Origin: an uncultured bacterium
GTDB taxonomy: Bacteria > Actinomycetota > Acidimicrobiia > Spongiisociales > UBA5794
DNA: 64,000 bases
Assembly: GCA_963801165.1 (NCBI GenBank)
Contig: CAWDDT010000006.1
Location: 512,001-576,000 of the forward strand
Reading direction: 5' to 3'
Under the pieces are notes generated by a model. It ran no database searches. It was not told where the DNA came from and saw only the letters and a list, made by a program, of their open reading frames with translations. This document shows, one piece after another, positions 37,245-49,886 of this stretch. Numbering within the stretch: position 1 is the first letter of the stretch; each line of letters opens with the position of its first letter. The position numbers and the translations under genes are program-made.

Positions 37245-38276
37245 GTGAAGCTCGCGATCAATATCGGCTACTGGGCAGGCGCCTCCGGAACGGATCTTGC
37301 CTTCATCGAAGAAGCCGAGCGTCTCGAGTACGACTCGGTCTGGGTAGCGGAGGCCTGGGGCTCCGATGCCGTCACGGTGCTGGCGTGGATCGCCGCCCGC
37401 ACCAGCAAGGTCAGGGTCGGGTCGGCCATCCTGCAAATGCCTGCCAGAACACCGGCGATGACGGCTATGACGGCAGTGACCCTCAACGAGTTGAGCGGCG
37501 GGCGGTTCCTACTAGGTCTCGGGATGTCGGGGCCGCAAGTTGTCGAGGGCTGGCATGGTGTTCCCTACGGCAAGCCGTTGGCCAAGACCCGCGAGTACGT
37601 GGCGATCGTGAGGCAGGCAATCGCACGTGATGAGAAGCTGACCCACGACGGCGCCAACTATCAGATCCCATACCGGGGCATTGATGCCACAGGTCTCGGC
37701 AAGCCGCTGCGGCTCATGACCCACCCCACCCACCCGGTCTCGATCTACCTGGCGGCGATCGGCCCCAAGAACGTGACATTGACCGCCGAGATCGCAGACG
37801 GTTGGCTGCCGATCTTCTACTCCCCGGACCAGTCGGCGTCGATCTACGATCCGCTCCTCAGCAGCGGTTTTGCCATCGCGGACGATCCCGACAAGGCATC
37901 ACGATTCGACACCGTGGCCACACTCCAGGCCATAGAGACAGATGACCTCGAGTCCGCCAGGAATCGCATCAAGCCGATGCTGGCGCTCTACATAGGTGGG
38001 ATGGGTGCCAAGGGCCGCAACTTCTACAACGACCTCGCCTGCCGCTACGGCTACGAGGAGAGCGCAGCGCGGATTCAGGATCTCTATCTCGACGGCAAGA
38101 CGATGGGGGCAGTCACCGCGGTGCCCGATGCGTTGGTCGACGAGCTCAGCCTCATCGGCACCCGGGCGATGATCCGGGATCGTCTCGAAGCGTGGCAGGA
38201 GTCGCCTGTGACGACCCTAGCGCTGATGCCGACGGACCCGGGAACCATGCGTACCCTCGCCGAGTTGGTGCTCTGA
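37245..38276 (+). CDS. LLM-class (probably F420-dependent) oxidoreductase
   Basis: WVAEAWGSDA, GRFLLGLGMSGPQVVEGWHG, AEIADGWLP. Confidence 0.9.
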   Translation: MKLAINIGYWAGASGTDLAFIEEAERLEYDSVWVAEAWGSDAVTVLAWIAARTSKVRVGSAILQMPARTPAMTAMTAVTLNELSGGRFLLGLGMSGPQVVEGWHGVPYGKPLAKTREYVAIVRQAIARDEKLTHDGANYQIPYRGIDATGLGKPLRLMTHPTHPVSIYLAAIGPKNVTLTAEIADGWLPIFYSPDQSASIYDPLLSSGFAIADDPDKASRFDTVATLQAIETDDLESARNRIKPMLALYIGGMGAKGRNFYNDLACRYGYEESAARIQDLYLDGKTMGAVTAVPDALVDELSLIGTRAMIRDRLEAWQESPVTTLALMPTDPGTMRTLAELVL

Positions 38277-38543
38277 CCGAGGACGCCATTGGTCTGTCCC
38301 GGACGATGCAGGACTTCATGGTCCCGCTCGGCCCGACATCCCAGTGACGTGGTCTGGGCGCGACCCGACGGACCAGCATCCCGCAGATTATGGCGAAACG
38401 GTCAGCGTGGGAGGCACACCCTGGACATACCTTCGACCGGTTCGGCGGCTTCTCCCTCCCTACCCCGACCCTAGGCCGTCGCCGTTTGTGGCTCGGTTGT
38501 GCAACGCTGAGGCCCTGTTGAGCGTTTCACGGGCGATGGGAAC

Positions 38544-39017
38544 ATGACGGATCGGGAGATCTATGAGGAATTGCAGGGTCCGCTGATGCGTTTTGCGGCT
38601 TCCCTCGTGGGTCCTCAGAACGCCGGCGATCTGGTCTCAGAAGCCGTCGTCGCCACTTTGGGCAACCGACCTAACGTCTACCGCACCCTAACGTCTCTCG
38701 AATACCCACAGGCGTACCTGATGAAGGCGGTGCTCAATCGAGCCCGGTCATGGGGACGGCGGGCACAGACGGAGCGACAGGCGCTGGCTCGTATCGACGC
38801 GCCGACGCCGGGGGCAGACCCCGCCGATGCGATTCTGGTGGATCTATCCCGAACGGTTGCCCGGCTCCCCGTACGGCAACGGGCAGCCATCCATCTCGTC
38901 TATTGGGAGGACCTCACCCCAACCGAGGCCGCCGCCCTGCTGGGCATCCGCCCGGCAACGCTTCGTCGCTACCTGCACCTGGCCCGAAGGAGATTGCGGG
39001 GGTATCTCGATGAGTGA
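38544..39017 (+). CDS. ECF sigma factor
   Basis: AGDLVSEA, YLMKAVLN, LPVRQRAAIHLVYWEDL..EAA..LG. Confidence 0.88.
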   Translation: MTDREIYEELQGPLMRFAASLVGPQNAGDLVSEAVVATLGNRPNVYRTLTSLEYPQAYLMKAVLNRARSWGRRAQTERQALARIDAPTPGADPADAILVDLSRTVARLPVRQRAAIHLVYWEDLTPTEAAALLGIRPATLRRYLHLARRRLRGYLDE

Positions 39018-40659
39018 TGACCGATACCGAGCCGTCGCCCGCCGTGGTCTAGCCCCTCTCCAACAGGATGTGCCGGAAGGACCCGAGTTCGAGGAGCTCG
39101 CCAACCGGCCCGCATCGCTGCAAACGGGCAGACAGACCCGCGCGGGATGGCTCGTCGCGGTAGCCGCCGCTCTCGTCACCCTTGCCGCGATCGGAGCCAC
39201 GGCTCTCATCCACCACCAGGGAGCAACCTCTGCACCGACCGCACCGACATTCGATGCCACGAGGGCCGCCGACGCAGCGGGCGAATGGTGGACGGCCGTC
39301 ATCGCCGGCAACCTCGATGAAGCCGCGACGCTCGCCCACCCCGACGGGACCTTCAACTATTCGGGGCTCGCCGAGATGCTCGACAGCATCGGCCGCCCGG
39401 TCACGTTCTCGATGGGCACCGAGCGCTTTGGATCGAGCGATCAACCCCAGCTCTGCGTCACGATCGACGGACAATCGAGCAGGTTCCAGGGGTCGGTGGT
39501 ATTCCGGCCTGTAGACGGAGCGTGGCGGCCGTGGGAGGTCCATACCCATACCGATGGCTGCACCGACGAGGACCCGTCTATCACGACAACCGAGCTACCC
39601 GCCACAACCACGACAATCGGGGCTGGTCCGCCGCCCGATGCAAGCATCGAGCAGCTGGCAGGAGCATTCGCCGCCTGCCCGGATCGGCCGGACAACTTCG
39701 CTCCCCCGTCCGAATACGTGGCATCGGCGACGAGCTGGATGAGGCTCGAGGAGGTACGTGGGCACGACGACAGCACGCAGACCTCGCCGGCGACGGTGAT
39801 CGTGCAGGACCACCCGAACACATCTGCCACCGAGCGAGAGGTGCGTATCACCGGCTCGTACTGGCCCGGTATCGAGTGGGCACTGGCTAACGGCGGCGAG
39901 GTGTGGCTCGCCATGGCCGACCCCAATGGCCTGGCATACGACAATATCGTTGCCTACGTGCTGGTGTTGACGGCCGATGGCAGAGCCTTCTTCCCAGGCG
40001 ACTGCCAGCACCTGATTCTCTACGAGCCGCTCCGGCAGACCCTCGGCGACCGGTTCGACGAGATCATGCGGACGCTGCCGTGGAAGACCGGCAACCAGCT
40101 GAGCTCAGCTCTCGCCGGCTCCCCCTGCCCGGTGACTGCCGATCCAGTAGCGACCGTTGACATCGACGGCGACGGCCACGCCGATGAGATCTACCTGGAG
40201 CAAATCGTCGATGGGACCTACGAGCTCACGATCTGTGGGCCGGGTATCTCCACCAGCTTGAACGTGGACGGCGCCAACAAACCACCCGGATATGAGGGCG
40301 TCCTCGACATCGACGGCGACGGCCATGGCGAGATCTTCTACTCGGGTGCCTACGGCGCCGGCATCATCTACTTTGCCACCACAATGGTCGACGGAATTCT
40401 GACTCCGGTCGACTTCTCATGGACCCTGACTATCGACAACGACGGTACATCGCCGTTCAACGGATCGAGCTTCGCTTGCGACACGGGCACGATCCGTACA
40501 TTGCGATTCGAACCGGAAGGCTCTCAGGTGCTGATCACGCGTGTGTCGATAGGGATCCAGGGCACGCAAGTCACTGAGACTCAGGACGAGAGCTATACCC
40601 TCGATGTCACCGCCGCATACAAACTCTGGGAGGGCTACCGGCGCTGCTTCGGCCAGTAG
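39010..40659 (+). CDS. Membrane-anchored protein coupled to the ECF sigma (anti-sigma candidate) with FG-GAP-like motifs
   Basis: Overlaps sigma stop; short cytoplasmic N-terminus, one TM; DIDGDGHADEI and DIDGDGHGEIF. Confidence 0.6.
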   Translation: MSDDRYRAVARRGLAPLQQDVPEGPEFEELANRPASLQTGRQTRAGWLVAVAAALVTLAAIGATALIHHQGATSAPTAPTFDATRAADAAGEWWTAVIAGNLDEAATLAHPDGTFNYSGLAEMLDSIGRPVTFSMGTERFGSSDQPQLCVTIDGQSSRFQGSVVFRPVDGAWRPWEVHTHTDGCTDEDPSITTTELPATTTTIGAGPPPDASIEQLAGAFAACPDRPDNFAPPSEYVASATSWMRLEEVRGHDDSTQTSPATVIVQDHPNTSATEREVRITGSYWPGIEWALANGGEVWLAMADPNGLAYDNIVAYVLVLTADGRAFFPGDCQHLILYEPLRQTLGDRFDEIMRTLPWKTGNQLSSALAGSPCPVTADPVATVDIDGDGHADEIYLEQIVDGTYELTICGPGISTSLNVDGANKPPGYEGVLDIDGDGHGEIFYSGAYGAGIIYFATTMVDGILTPVDFSWTLTIDNDGTSPFNGSSFACDTGTIRTLRFEPEGSQVLITRVSIGIQGTQVTETQDESYTLDVTAAYKLWEGYRRCFGQ

Positions 40660-40791
40660 GTCACCCGTCAAACGCTCACGGGCCCAAACGACCCACCCCA
40701 ATGAGGACGTGAACCGGTTGTCACCTCCCGGACCCCGAAAGAACCAGAGACTCGTTGAGCGGTGTCCGCCGAAGCTTGCGCACAATCAGAT

Positions 40792-42012
40792 CTACAAGCG
40801 CCCCAGCCACTCGGCGAGGGCCTCGGACCATAGGACGACGGCACCGCCGTCTTCGGAGCCCTCGCGAACTTCCCGGTCGCTGGAGATGACGACCACCCGA
40901 TCCAAGGGCTCGACCATCGCTACGATCTCCTCGTCGGCGATGGCGTCCTGCTCGGTGAAACGGACCTCCACCCCACCCAGCGACGACCGCGACACCCGGT
41001 CCCCCGGGAGCGTCGAATCGAATACCGCAACTATGCGGTGCTTGACGGTGCCCGAGTCGCGCAGACGGCGGAGGGCCGCAACGAGCTTGCGCCGTGCCTC
41101 GCCCGACGTGAAATCGGTTCTGTCGATGTAGAACTGAGCGTTGTATCCGTCGACGAGAACGACAACGGGCTCGGTCAGACCGAGGAGCCAACGAATCGCA
41201 TCAGCAGAGTCCGGCCGTACCCCGGAAGCGATGCTCAGACGCTTGCCGACGGCGGCCCTGCCAGACGTTTGCCGCGTCTGTGGCGTACGACCGAACGAAG
41301 CGGTCTGTAGATCAAGCAACCTCGCCAGCTCGACCGGGTTCGACGATACAAATCGGGTCGCCCCAGCCGAACCTGCGTCCTCGACGCGGAGCCGGCGGGC
41401 CCTGGCGAATCGGGAGCGCAACGCGGCAAACGCGTCCTGCAACTCCCGGTGCTCTGCTTCGAGCCCGGCAATACGTTCTGCAAGGCGCGCCGCTTCGGCA
41501 CGCACCGACTGGAGTTCGGCGATGTCACTCCGGAATCTGGCGGCGACGGCTTCACGCGAGGACTCAACCATCTCCCGAGCCTTCCGCCGCTCCGCTTCGA
41601 GCTCTTTCTTCTGCTCGGCAATTCTCGCGGTCGCGTCGTTGAGCTTCGACTCGAGCTTGACGAGTTCCTTCTGCAAATCGTCAACCCTTGCCTCGTCACG
41701 CCCCGACTCGACTTCCGCAACCGCCGCGGCCACGTCTATCCACCACCCGTCGGGTCGGCTGAGAAACAGGGAGGAGGGCTTGTCTTCGCCTCCCTCCCAA
41801 TGCTCGAGAACCTTGTCCCGGAACCATTGGTTGCGCTCGATCTCGGCCAACAGACTCGCCGCCAGAGGTGGTGGGAGTTTCCCGCCGCTATAAGCAGCAA
41901 CCCTTTGCAGAGCAGCGGGAATCTCCCGCCCCTCGAGATCGCGCAGCGTCGTCCGGCCCGCGGCGACAGCCTCACTGAGAACTGTGACCCATGCTCCGCG
42001 AAAACCAATCAT
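40792..42012 (-). CDS. Coiled-coil plus NYN (YacP-like) RNase domain protein
   Basis: LVDGYN, VFD, ADEEI, VISSDREV; start inferred. Confidence 0.82.
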   Translation of the reverse strand: MIGFRGAWVTVLSEAVAAGRTTLRDLEGREIPAALQRVAAYSGGKLPPPLAASLLAEIERNQWFRDKVLEHWEGGEDKPSSLFLSRPDGWWIDVAAAVAEVESGRDEARVDDLQKELVKLESKLNDATARIAEQKKELEAERRKAREMVESSREAVAARFRSDIAELQSVRAEAARLAERIAGLEAEHRELQDAFAALRSRFARARRLRVEDAGSAGATRFVSSNPVELARLLDLQTASFGRTPQTRQTSGRAAVGKRLSIASGVRPDSADAIRWLLGLTEPVVVLVDGYNAQFYIDRTDFTSGEARRKLVAALRRLRDSGTVKHRIVAVFDSTLPGDRVSRSSLGGVEVRFTEQDAIADEEIVAMVEPLDRVVVISSDREVREGSEDGGAVVLWSEALAEWLGRL

Positions 42013-42140
42013 GACCTCTTGATGCCTTACCGATATCTCCGCGAGGCTAGTGGCGAGGTAGGCGATCGACTTGACACCCGGTCGATAGCTGGCATACTCG
42101 CCTTTCAGCAATGGAAGCCATCCCCATGAGAAACCTGGCC

Positions 42141-42179
42141 ATGACAAACAACCACAACATCCTGGTACTTATCACCTAG
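42141..42179 (+). CDS. ilv operon leader peptide [12 protein letters not shown]
   Basis: Run of Ile-Leu-Val-Leu-Ile codons upstream of a terminator and ilvB. Confidence 0.8.
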   Translation: MTNNHNILVLIT

Positions 42180-42213
42180 GCGCAGACGTCGCCAGACGTC
42201 AACATGCGCCGAC

Positions 42214-42236
42214 ACCCTCCAACCGGAGGGTTTTTT
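42214..42236 (+). terminator. Attenuator terminator of the ilvB leader
   Basis: ACCCTCC-AACC-GGAGGGT followed by a T tract. Confidence 0.85.
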
Positions 42237-42274
42237 CATATCTACGACACCCGATCGGCCCAGGAGAGACCGAA

Positions 42275-43993
42275 ATGAGCGAGACACTCACCGGAGCACA
42301 AGCATTGATACGAGCCCTCGAGCACGAGGGCGTAGACGTGATCTTCGGCATGCCCGGCGGTGCGATCCTCCCCGCCTACGATCCGCTGCTCGACAGCCCG
42401 ATCCGGCATATCCTGGTTCGTCACGAACAGGGCGCAGGCCACATGGCCTCCGGATACGCACACGCCACCGGCCGTGTCGGGGTCGCCATGGTCACCTCCG
42501 GCCCCGCCGCCACCAACCTGATCACACCGCTCCAGGACGCCTACATGGACTCGATCCCGGTGGTGGCGATCACCGGACAAGTCGCCCAGACGAGCATCGG
42601 GATGGACGCTTTCCAGGAAGCTCACACCTGGGGCATCTCGATGCCGTGCACCAAACACAACTACCTGGTGACCGACGTCGAGGAGATCCCCGACGTGATC
42701 CGCGAGGCGTTCCACCTGGCGGCTACAGGGCGTCCCGGCCCGGTGCTGGTCGACATCCCCAAGGACTTGCTCGGTGACACGATGACCTGGCACCGCCCCG
42801 GTGAGATCAACCTGCCCGGCTACAAACCCAGCGTCCAAGGGCACCCCAAGCAAGTGAAATCGGCCGTCAAGGCGATCCATGCATCCGAGCGTCCGGTGCT
42901 CTACGCCGGGGGCGGCATCATCAGAGCCGACGCCGCCGACCGGCTGCGTCGCTTCGCCGAGGTCGCGAACCTGCCCACGGTGACGACGCTGATGGCGCGG
43001 GGTGCCATCCCCGACTCTCATCCGCTGGCGCTAGGAATGCCGGGCATGCACGGCAACTACACCGCCATAACCGCCCTCCAGAAGGCGGACCTGCTGATCG
43101 CAATCGGTACCCGATTCGACGACCGGGTCACCGGCAAGGTCGATGCGTTCGCACCGGATGCCAAGGTCATCCACATCGATGTCGACCCCGCCGAGATCAG
43201 CAAGGTGCGCTTCGCCGACATCCCGATTGTGGGTGACGCGGGCGCGGTTCTCGAACAGCTGATCTTCGCCATGGAGCACCTGCTCGACACCAAACCGGCG
43301 CCGGCCCGCAAGGACTGGTTGGACACCATCCGCGACTGGCAGGAGCGATACCCGCTCGAGTACGAGCAAGATCCCGACGGTCCGATCCAGCAGCAGTACG
43401 TCATCCAGGAGCTGCACCGCATCACCGGTGGCAACGCAATCGTCGTCGCCGGAGTCGGTCAGCATCAGATGTGGGCATCCCAATACTGGGGTTTCGAGAG
43501 ACCCCGCACCTGGATCAACTCCGGTGGTCTCGGCACCATGGGATACGCCATTCCCGCGGCCATAGGCGCCAAGGCCGGGGCGCCCGACGAACTGGTAGTG
43601 GCATTCGACGGGGACGGCTGTTTCCAGATGACGATGCAGGAGCTCGTCACGGCCGCCACCGAAGGGATCAACGTCAAGATCATGGTGCTCAACAACGGCT
43701 GGTTGGGGATGGTCAAGCAGTGGCAGCGTCTCTTCTACAACGAGCGCTACAGCGCCACCGACCTGGGAGGCCGGATCCCCGATTTCGTGGGCCTCGCCGA
43801 GGCGATGGGATGCGCCGGACTGCGGGCGGAGAAACCTTCCGACGTGGCACCGGCGATCGAGAAGGCTCTGGCGATCAATGATCGTCCGGTCGTCGTCGAG
43901 TTCAAGTGTGATCCGGACGCCATGGTCTTCCCCATGGTTCCCGCCGGGCACTCCAACGACGACGTCGTGGTCCGTCTGGAGGATCTGGCATGA
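42275..43993 (+). CDS. ilvB: Acetolactate synthase large subunit
   Basis: [34 protein letters not shown]. Confidence 0.96.
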   Translation: MSETLTGAQALIRALEHEGVDVIFGMPGGAILPAYDPLLDSPIRHILVRHEQGAGHMASGYAHATGRVGVAMVTSGPAATNLITPLQDAYMDSIPVVAITGQVAQTSIGMDAFQEAHTWGISMPCTKHNYLVTDVEEIPDVIREAFHLAATGRPGPVLVDIPKDLLGDTMTWHRPGEINLPGYKPSVQGHPKQVKSAVKAIHASERPVLYAGGGIIRADAADRLRRFAEVANLPTVTTLMARGAIPDSHPLALGMPGMHGNYTAITALQKADLLIAIGTRFDDRVTGKVDAFAPDAKVIHIDVDPAEISKVRFADIPIVGDAGAVLEQLIFAMEHLLDTKPAPARKDWLDTIRDWQERYPLEYEQDPDGPIQQQYVIQELHRITGGNAIVVAGVGQHQMWASQYWGFERPRTWINSGGLGTMGYAIPAAIGAKAGAPDELVVAFDGDGCFQMTMQELVTAATEGINVKIMVLNNGWLGMVKQWQRLFYNERYSATDLGGRIPDFVGLAEAMGCAGLRAEKPSDVAPAIEKALAINDRPVVVEFKCDPDAMVFPMVPAGHSNDDVVVRLEDLA

Positions 43994-44004
43994 GAAGGTT
44001 CAAT

Positions 44005-44517
44005 ATGACCCAGCACGTGATCACGGTCCTCGTCGAGGACAAGCCGGGTGTCCTGGCGCGAATCTCCTCGATGTTCGCCAGGCGCGGGTTCAACATCCAT
44101 TCACTCGCCGTTGGGCCGACGGCCGACCCGACACTGTCGCGGATGACCGTGGTGGTCGACGGCCCCGAGATGGAGCAGATCATCAAGCAGCTATACAAGC
44201 TGGTGAACACCGTGAAGGTGACCGAGCACCCACCCGGGTCCGCGGTCGAGCGTGAGGTCATGCTGGCCAGGATCAACGCGGAGCCCTCCCGCCGCGGTGA
44301 GATCCTCGATGCGGCACGCATCTTTGACGCCAAGGCAGTCGACGTTGGCAAGAACTCCATCACCTTCGAGATGTCGGGAGAGCCGGGCAAGCTGAGCGAT
44401 TTCTTGGAGTTGATGGCGCCTTATGGCATTGTCGACCTCGTGAAGTCCGGGCGGATCGCTCTGGCCCGGGACCCGAAGGGAAAGAACGCACGCCGCCCCG
44501 AGCTGCGCACGGCATAG
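44005..44517 (+). CDS. ilvN: Acetolactate synthase small subunit
   Basis: VEDKPGVLARI, RRGFNIHSL, KQLYKLVN. Confidence 0.95.
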   Translation: MTQHVITVLVEDKPGVLARISSMFARRGFNIHSLAVGPTADPTLSRMTVVVDGPEMEQIIKQLYKLVNTVKVTEHPPGSAVEREVMLARINAEPSRRGEILDAARIFDAKAVDVGKNSITFEMSGEPGKLSDFLELMAPYGIVDLVKSGRIALARDPKGKNARRPELRTA

Positions 44518-44559
44518 GAGAGTTACGGCATTGGAGAGTTTCAGCATGGGAGAGGATTC

Positions 44560-45576
<1,017 letters not shown>

Positions 45577-45697
45577 CAATGGTTCGACACGAGCTCTCAC
45601 GACGTCGCCTGGAGCTTAGATAGCCGGGCAACCGCTCCCGCGGTTGGCCCGGCGCCTGTACCAGCCGACCAAACCGCACAACTAGGAGCTCACAAAC

Positions 45698-47248
45698 ATG
45701 GCATCAGCTCAGTCCGACCGATTGATCATCTTCGACACGACCCTGCGCGATGGCGAGCAGGCACCCGGCATCGCGCTTTCTCCCGACGAGAAGGTAGCCA
45801 TCGCCCACCAGCTGGCCCGGCTCAAGGTCGACGTCATCGAGGCCGGCTTTGCGGCGTCGTCCCCGGGTGACCACGAGGCCGTCTCTAGGATCGCCCGCGA
45901 GGTCAAGGGCCCGGTGATCGCCACCCTGGCGCGTACCCACCCCGACGACATCGATACGGCGGCCGACGCGCTGCGGGGCGCCGATCGCAAGCGCATCCAC
46001 GTATTCATCTCCACCTCGCAGATCCAGCGTGAGGAAATGCTGCGGATGTCCGAGGACGACGTACTCGCCGCCATCACGGAGTCGGTGGCGCGGGCGAAAC
46101 GGTATGCCGACGATGTCGAGTTCTCCCCCCAGGACGCCACCAGGACACACCCGGACTTCGTCATCGAGAGCTGCCGGCGCGCCGTCGCCGCCGGGGCGAC
46201 GACGATCAACATCCCCGACACGGTGGGTTATGCGATTCCCGAGGACTTCGTCGGGCTGATGCAGCGTGTCTATGACGAGGTGCGCGGCGGCAACGATGAC
46301 GTCATCATCTCCACCCATTGCCACAACGACCTCGGTCTGGCCGTCGCCAACTCGCTGTCGGCCATCCGGGCCGGGGCGAGGCAGATCGAGGGTGCGATCA
46401 ACGGGCTCGGGGAGCGTGCCGGCAACACATCGACCGAGGAAATCATCATGGCGGTCAAGACCCGTCAGGACTACTTCGGGGTCGAGGTCGGCGCTGACAC
46501 CACCGAAATCTTCGAAACCTCACGGCTGGTGTCCCGGTTGACCGGCTACCCGATCCAGTACAACAAGGCAATCGTCGGTAGAAACGCGTTCTCCCATGAG
46601 TCGGGAATCCACCAGCACGGCGTGCTGCGAAATCGGGAGACATACGAGATCATGGATCCTGCCTCGATCGGCCAAACCTCAACGCTCGTGCTGGGCAAGC
46701 ACTCCGGCCGGGCCGCATTCGCCGACGCTCTCGCCAAAATGAGCATCCGGCTCGAGGACGACGAGTTCAAGGCAGCCTTTGCCCGATTCAAAGAGCTGGC
46801 CGACCGCAAGGGGGAGATCTCCGAGGAAGGCATCCGCGCCATCATCGCCGAGAAAACAAGCGTGAAGCCCGACGTCGTCGAGTTGCTCGGCATCCACGTG
46901 TCGGGGGGAAGCCGGGAGACACCGGTCGCCACGGTTTCGCTGCGTCGCAACGGTGAGGAGATCGAGGCGCGCTCAGAAGGAGACGGCATGGTCAACGCGG
47001 CGTTTGCGGCGTTGCGCACCGTGTTCGACCTGGAGGCAAACCTCCTCGACTACCGGGTGAGTCCGCTCACCTCCGGCGCCGACGCCATGGCGGAAGTCAA
47101 CGCAGTCATCCAGGTCGGCTCCGAGACGTATTCGGGCCGTGGTGTCTCCACCGACGTCGTCGAGGGCTCGGCTCGGGCATTCACCGCGGCCCTCAACAAG
47201 GCGGCGGCAGACAGACCGGTGGTGCCGTCCGGAGAGGCAACCGCATAG
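45698..47248 (+). CDS. leuA: 2-isopropylmalate synthase
   Basis: [29 protein letters not shown]. Confidence 0.96.
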   Translation: MASAQSDRLIIFDTTLRDGEQAPGIALSPDEKVAIAHQLARLKVDVIEAGFAASSPGDHEAVSRIAREVKGPVIATLARTHPDDIDTAADALRGADRKRIHVFISTSQIQREEMLRMSEDDVLAAITESVARAKRYADDVEFSPQDATRTHPDFVIESCRRAVAAGATTINIPDTVGYAIPEDFVGLMQRVYDEVRGGNDDVIISTHCHNDLGLAVANSLSAIRAGARQIEGAINGLGERAGNTSTEEIIMAVKTRQDYFGVEVGADTTEIFETSRLVSRLTGYPIQYNKAIVGRNAFSHESGIHQHGVLRNRETYEIMDPASIGQTSTLVLGKHSGRAAFADALAKMSIRLEDDEFKAAFARFKELADRKGEISEEGIRAIIAEKTSVKPDVVELLGIHVSGGSRETPVATVSLRRNGEEIEARSEGDGMVNAAFAALRTVFDLEANLLDYRVSPLTSGADAMAEVNAVIQVGSETYSGRGVSTDVVEGSARAFTAALNKAAADRPVVPSGEATA

Positions 47249-48315
47249 TGCACGGATCCTTCGTCCTTCTTCCCGGTGACGGGATCGGCCCTGAGGTGAC
47301 CGCGGCTGCGCACCAGGTCCTGGTGGCGGTGGCAGCCCGGTTCGACCACGACTTCTCGTTCGAGCAGCGCCCGATCGGCGGCAACGCCATCGACGATTTC
47401 GGGGACCCGCTCCCCCGATCGACGCTCGACGCCTGCCGCACCGCCGATGCCGTGATCCTGGGGGCCGTTGGCGGACCGAAGTGGGACGATCCCAACGCCA
47501 AGACCCGCCCGGAGGCGGGTCTGCTCGCCCTGCGCAAGGAGCTTGGCCTCTTTGCCAACCTGCGCCCGATCACGGCCCACCGCCAGCTGATCGAGTCGTC
47601 TCCATTGCGTCGGGACCTGATCGAAGGTGTCGACATTCTGTTCTTCCGTGAGCTCACAGGTGGGATCTACTTCGGGGCATCGTCGCTCAGCGACGACGGG
47701 CAGGTCGCCTCTAGTGTCATGGAGTACTCGGTCGGAGAGGTCGAGCGGATCGTACGGATGGCCGCCGAGGCTGCGAGGAACCGACGCAACCGGCTGACGT
47801 CGGTAGACAAGGCGAACGTGCTCGAGGTGTCCCGACTGTGGCGCCGGGTGGCGGCGCGGGTCATGGCCGAGGAGTTCCCCGACGTTGAGTACGAGGTGGT
47901 GCTGGTGGACGCGATGGCGATGCATCTCATCTCCCGGCCCCGCGATTTCGACGTCGTCGTCACCGGGAACCTGTTTGGCGACATCCTCACCGACGAGGGC
48001 TCGATGCTTCCGGGATCGCTGGGTCTTCTGCCGTCGGCGTCGCTTGGCGACACCCAGCCCGGTCTCTACGAGCCCATTCACGGATCAGCGCCCGACATCG
48101 CGGGCAAGGATCTGGCCAACCCGCTGGCCACGATCCTGGCTGCGGCCATGGCGTTACGCCACTCGCTCGATCTCGGGGACGAGGCCGGCGCCGTGGAGAG
48201 CGCGGTCGATGCCGTTCTCGACGCCGGGATGCGCACGCGGGACATTTCCGCAGGCGGCAAATTCTTCGGCACCTCCGAGATGGGTGCTGCCGTCGCAGAG
48301 GCCGTGCGGGGCTGA
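47248..48315 (+). CDS. leuB: 3-isopropylmalate dehydrogenase
   Basis: [43 protein letters not shown]. Confidence 0.96.
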   Translation: MHGSFVLLPGDGIGPEVTAAAHQVLVAVAARFDHDFSFEQRPIGGNAIDDFGDPLPRSTLDACRTADAVILGAVGGPKWDDPNAKTRPEAGLLALRKELGLFANLRPITAHRQLIESSPLRRDLIEGVDILFFRELTGGIYFGASSLSDDGQVASSVMEYSVGEVERIVRMAAEAARNRRNRLTSVDKANVLEVSRLWRRVAARVMAEEFPDVEYEVVLVDAMAMHLISRPRDFDVVVTGNLFGDILTDEGSMLPGSLGLLPSASLGDTQPGLYEPIHGSAPDIAGKDLANPLATILAAAMALRHSLDLGDEAGAVESAVDAVLDAGMRTRDISAGGKFFGTSEMGAAVAEAVRG

Positions 48316-48324
48316 CCGCCTGCC

Positions 48325-49815
48325 ATGATCCGTCGCACCGCCGCCGCCGCCCTCGCCCTCGTGCTGACCCTTGCGGCGTGCAGCCCTGGTTCCGCGGGTG
48401 ACACCGGGTCTTCGACCACTGCGCCGCCACCGACAACGGCTGGTGTAACCACTACAACCACGACCACGATGGCGCCGGTCGACCCGGGTCAGGCAGAGGA
48501 GCTGTTCGGGGTAGGCGATAGCCGCTATCCCGAACTCGGCAACACCGGCTACGAAGTCGATCACTACACGGTGGATCTCACCTTCGATCCGGACGCCAAC
48601 ACGATCAACTCTCTCGTCACCATCGAAGCCACAGCGACCGAGCCGCTCCGGGTCGTCCCGCTCGACTTCATCGGATTCGACGTGACCAACGTCCAGGTCG
48701 GCGATGCTACGGCGTCGTTCACCCGCCGGGATGACAAGTTGCTGGTCGAGCCGGGATCCCTCATCCCGTCCGGGGAGGCGTTCTCGATTTCGGTCGCATA
48801 CAACGGCACACCCACGCCCATCTTGTCCCAGGCGCTTCCGTTCGACGTTGGGTGGTTGACCGATCCCAACGGAACTGCGTACGTGATCGCCGAGCCGGAC
48901 GGAGCGCGCGCCTGGCTCCCGGTCAACGATCACCCGAGTGACAAGGCCACCTACACCTTCCGTATCACCGTGCCGGACCCACTCATCGCCGCCGCCAACG
49001 GTGTGCACGTCGACACGATCACCGATCTGGGCTGGGCGACATGGGTCTGGGAGGAGACCCACCCTATGGCGTCATATCTGGCAACCGTCGTTATCGGCGA
49101 TCTGACAGTCACCCGGGACGAAGAGGCGACCTCGCAAACCGGTGTCGAGGTGCGCAACGTCCTGCCCGCCGATCTCTCCGCCGGCTCCCTCAGCAAGCTT
49201 GCGCTGCAGGGAGACATGATCGAGTATCTCGCCGGTCTGTTCGGGCCTTACCCGTTCGACTCCTACGGGCTTGCCGTGGTCGACGGCTTCGACGCCGCTC
49301 TCGAGGATCAGACCCTGTCCGTCTTCGGCAGGTCGATGGTCGACGTGCCCTCCTTCTTCGAAACCGTCATCGTCCACGAGCTTTCCCACCAGTGGTTCGG
49401 CGACAGCGTGACCCCGGCGGACTGGGGCGATGTGTGGCTCAATGAGGGATTCGCCACGTATGCGGAATGGCTGTGGCTGGAGCACACTCAGGGAAAGACG
49501 GCTATGGAGACAACCATCGCCAGGAACCGCGACCAGATGGCGGCGGGCGCTTACAAACCACCCGGTGAACCGCCCGCCGACGACCTGTTCAATGCAAGCG
49601 TGTACATCCGGGGCGGGCTCGTTCTCAACGCGCTGCGGGCGGAGGTGGGCGACGATGCGTTCTTCGAGATCCTCCGCACCTATGCCGACAAATACCGCTA
49701 CGGCGTCGCCACAACGGATGACTTCATTGCAGTCGCCGAGTCTGTTTCCGGCCAGGATCTCGGCCAGTTGTTTGCCGATTGGCTGTACGGGGACGAGGTG
49801 CCACCGCTGCCCTGA
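48325..49815 (+). CDS. M1-family aminopeptidase lipoprotein
   Basis: LAAC lipobox; HELSHQWFG...WLNEGFATY. Confidence 0.9.
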   Translation: MIRRTAAAALALVLTLAACSPGSAGDTGSSTTAPPPTTAGVTTTTTTTMAPVDPGQAEELFGVGDSRYPELGNTGYEVDHYTVDLTFDPDANTINSLVTIEATATEPLRVVPLDFIGFDVTNVQVGDATASFTRRDDKLLVEPGSLIPSGEAFSISVAYNGTPTPILSQALPFDVGWLTDPNGTAYVIAEPDGARAWLPVNDHPSDKATYTFRITVPDPLIAAANGVHVDTITDLGWATWVWEETHPMASYLATVVIGDLTVTRDEEATSQTGVEVRNVLPADLSAGSLSKLALQGDMIEYLAGLFGPYPFDSYGLAVVDGFDAALEDQTLSVFGRSMVDVPSFFETVIVHELSHQWFGDSVTPADWGDVWLNEGFATYAEWLWLEHTQGKTAMETTIARNRDQMAAGAYKPPGEPPADDLFNASVYIRGGLVLNALRAEVGDDAFFEILRTYADKYRYGVATTDDFIAVAESVSGQDLGQLFADWLYGDEVPPLP

Positions 49816-49886
49816 GGCCTCCGCGGAGTTGCGCCACCCGGCACCGGCGGTACTCTGAGGGCCCGCGCAGCGACAAGAAGGATGCT

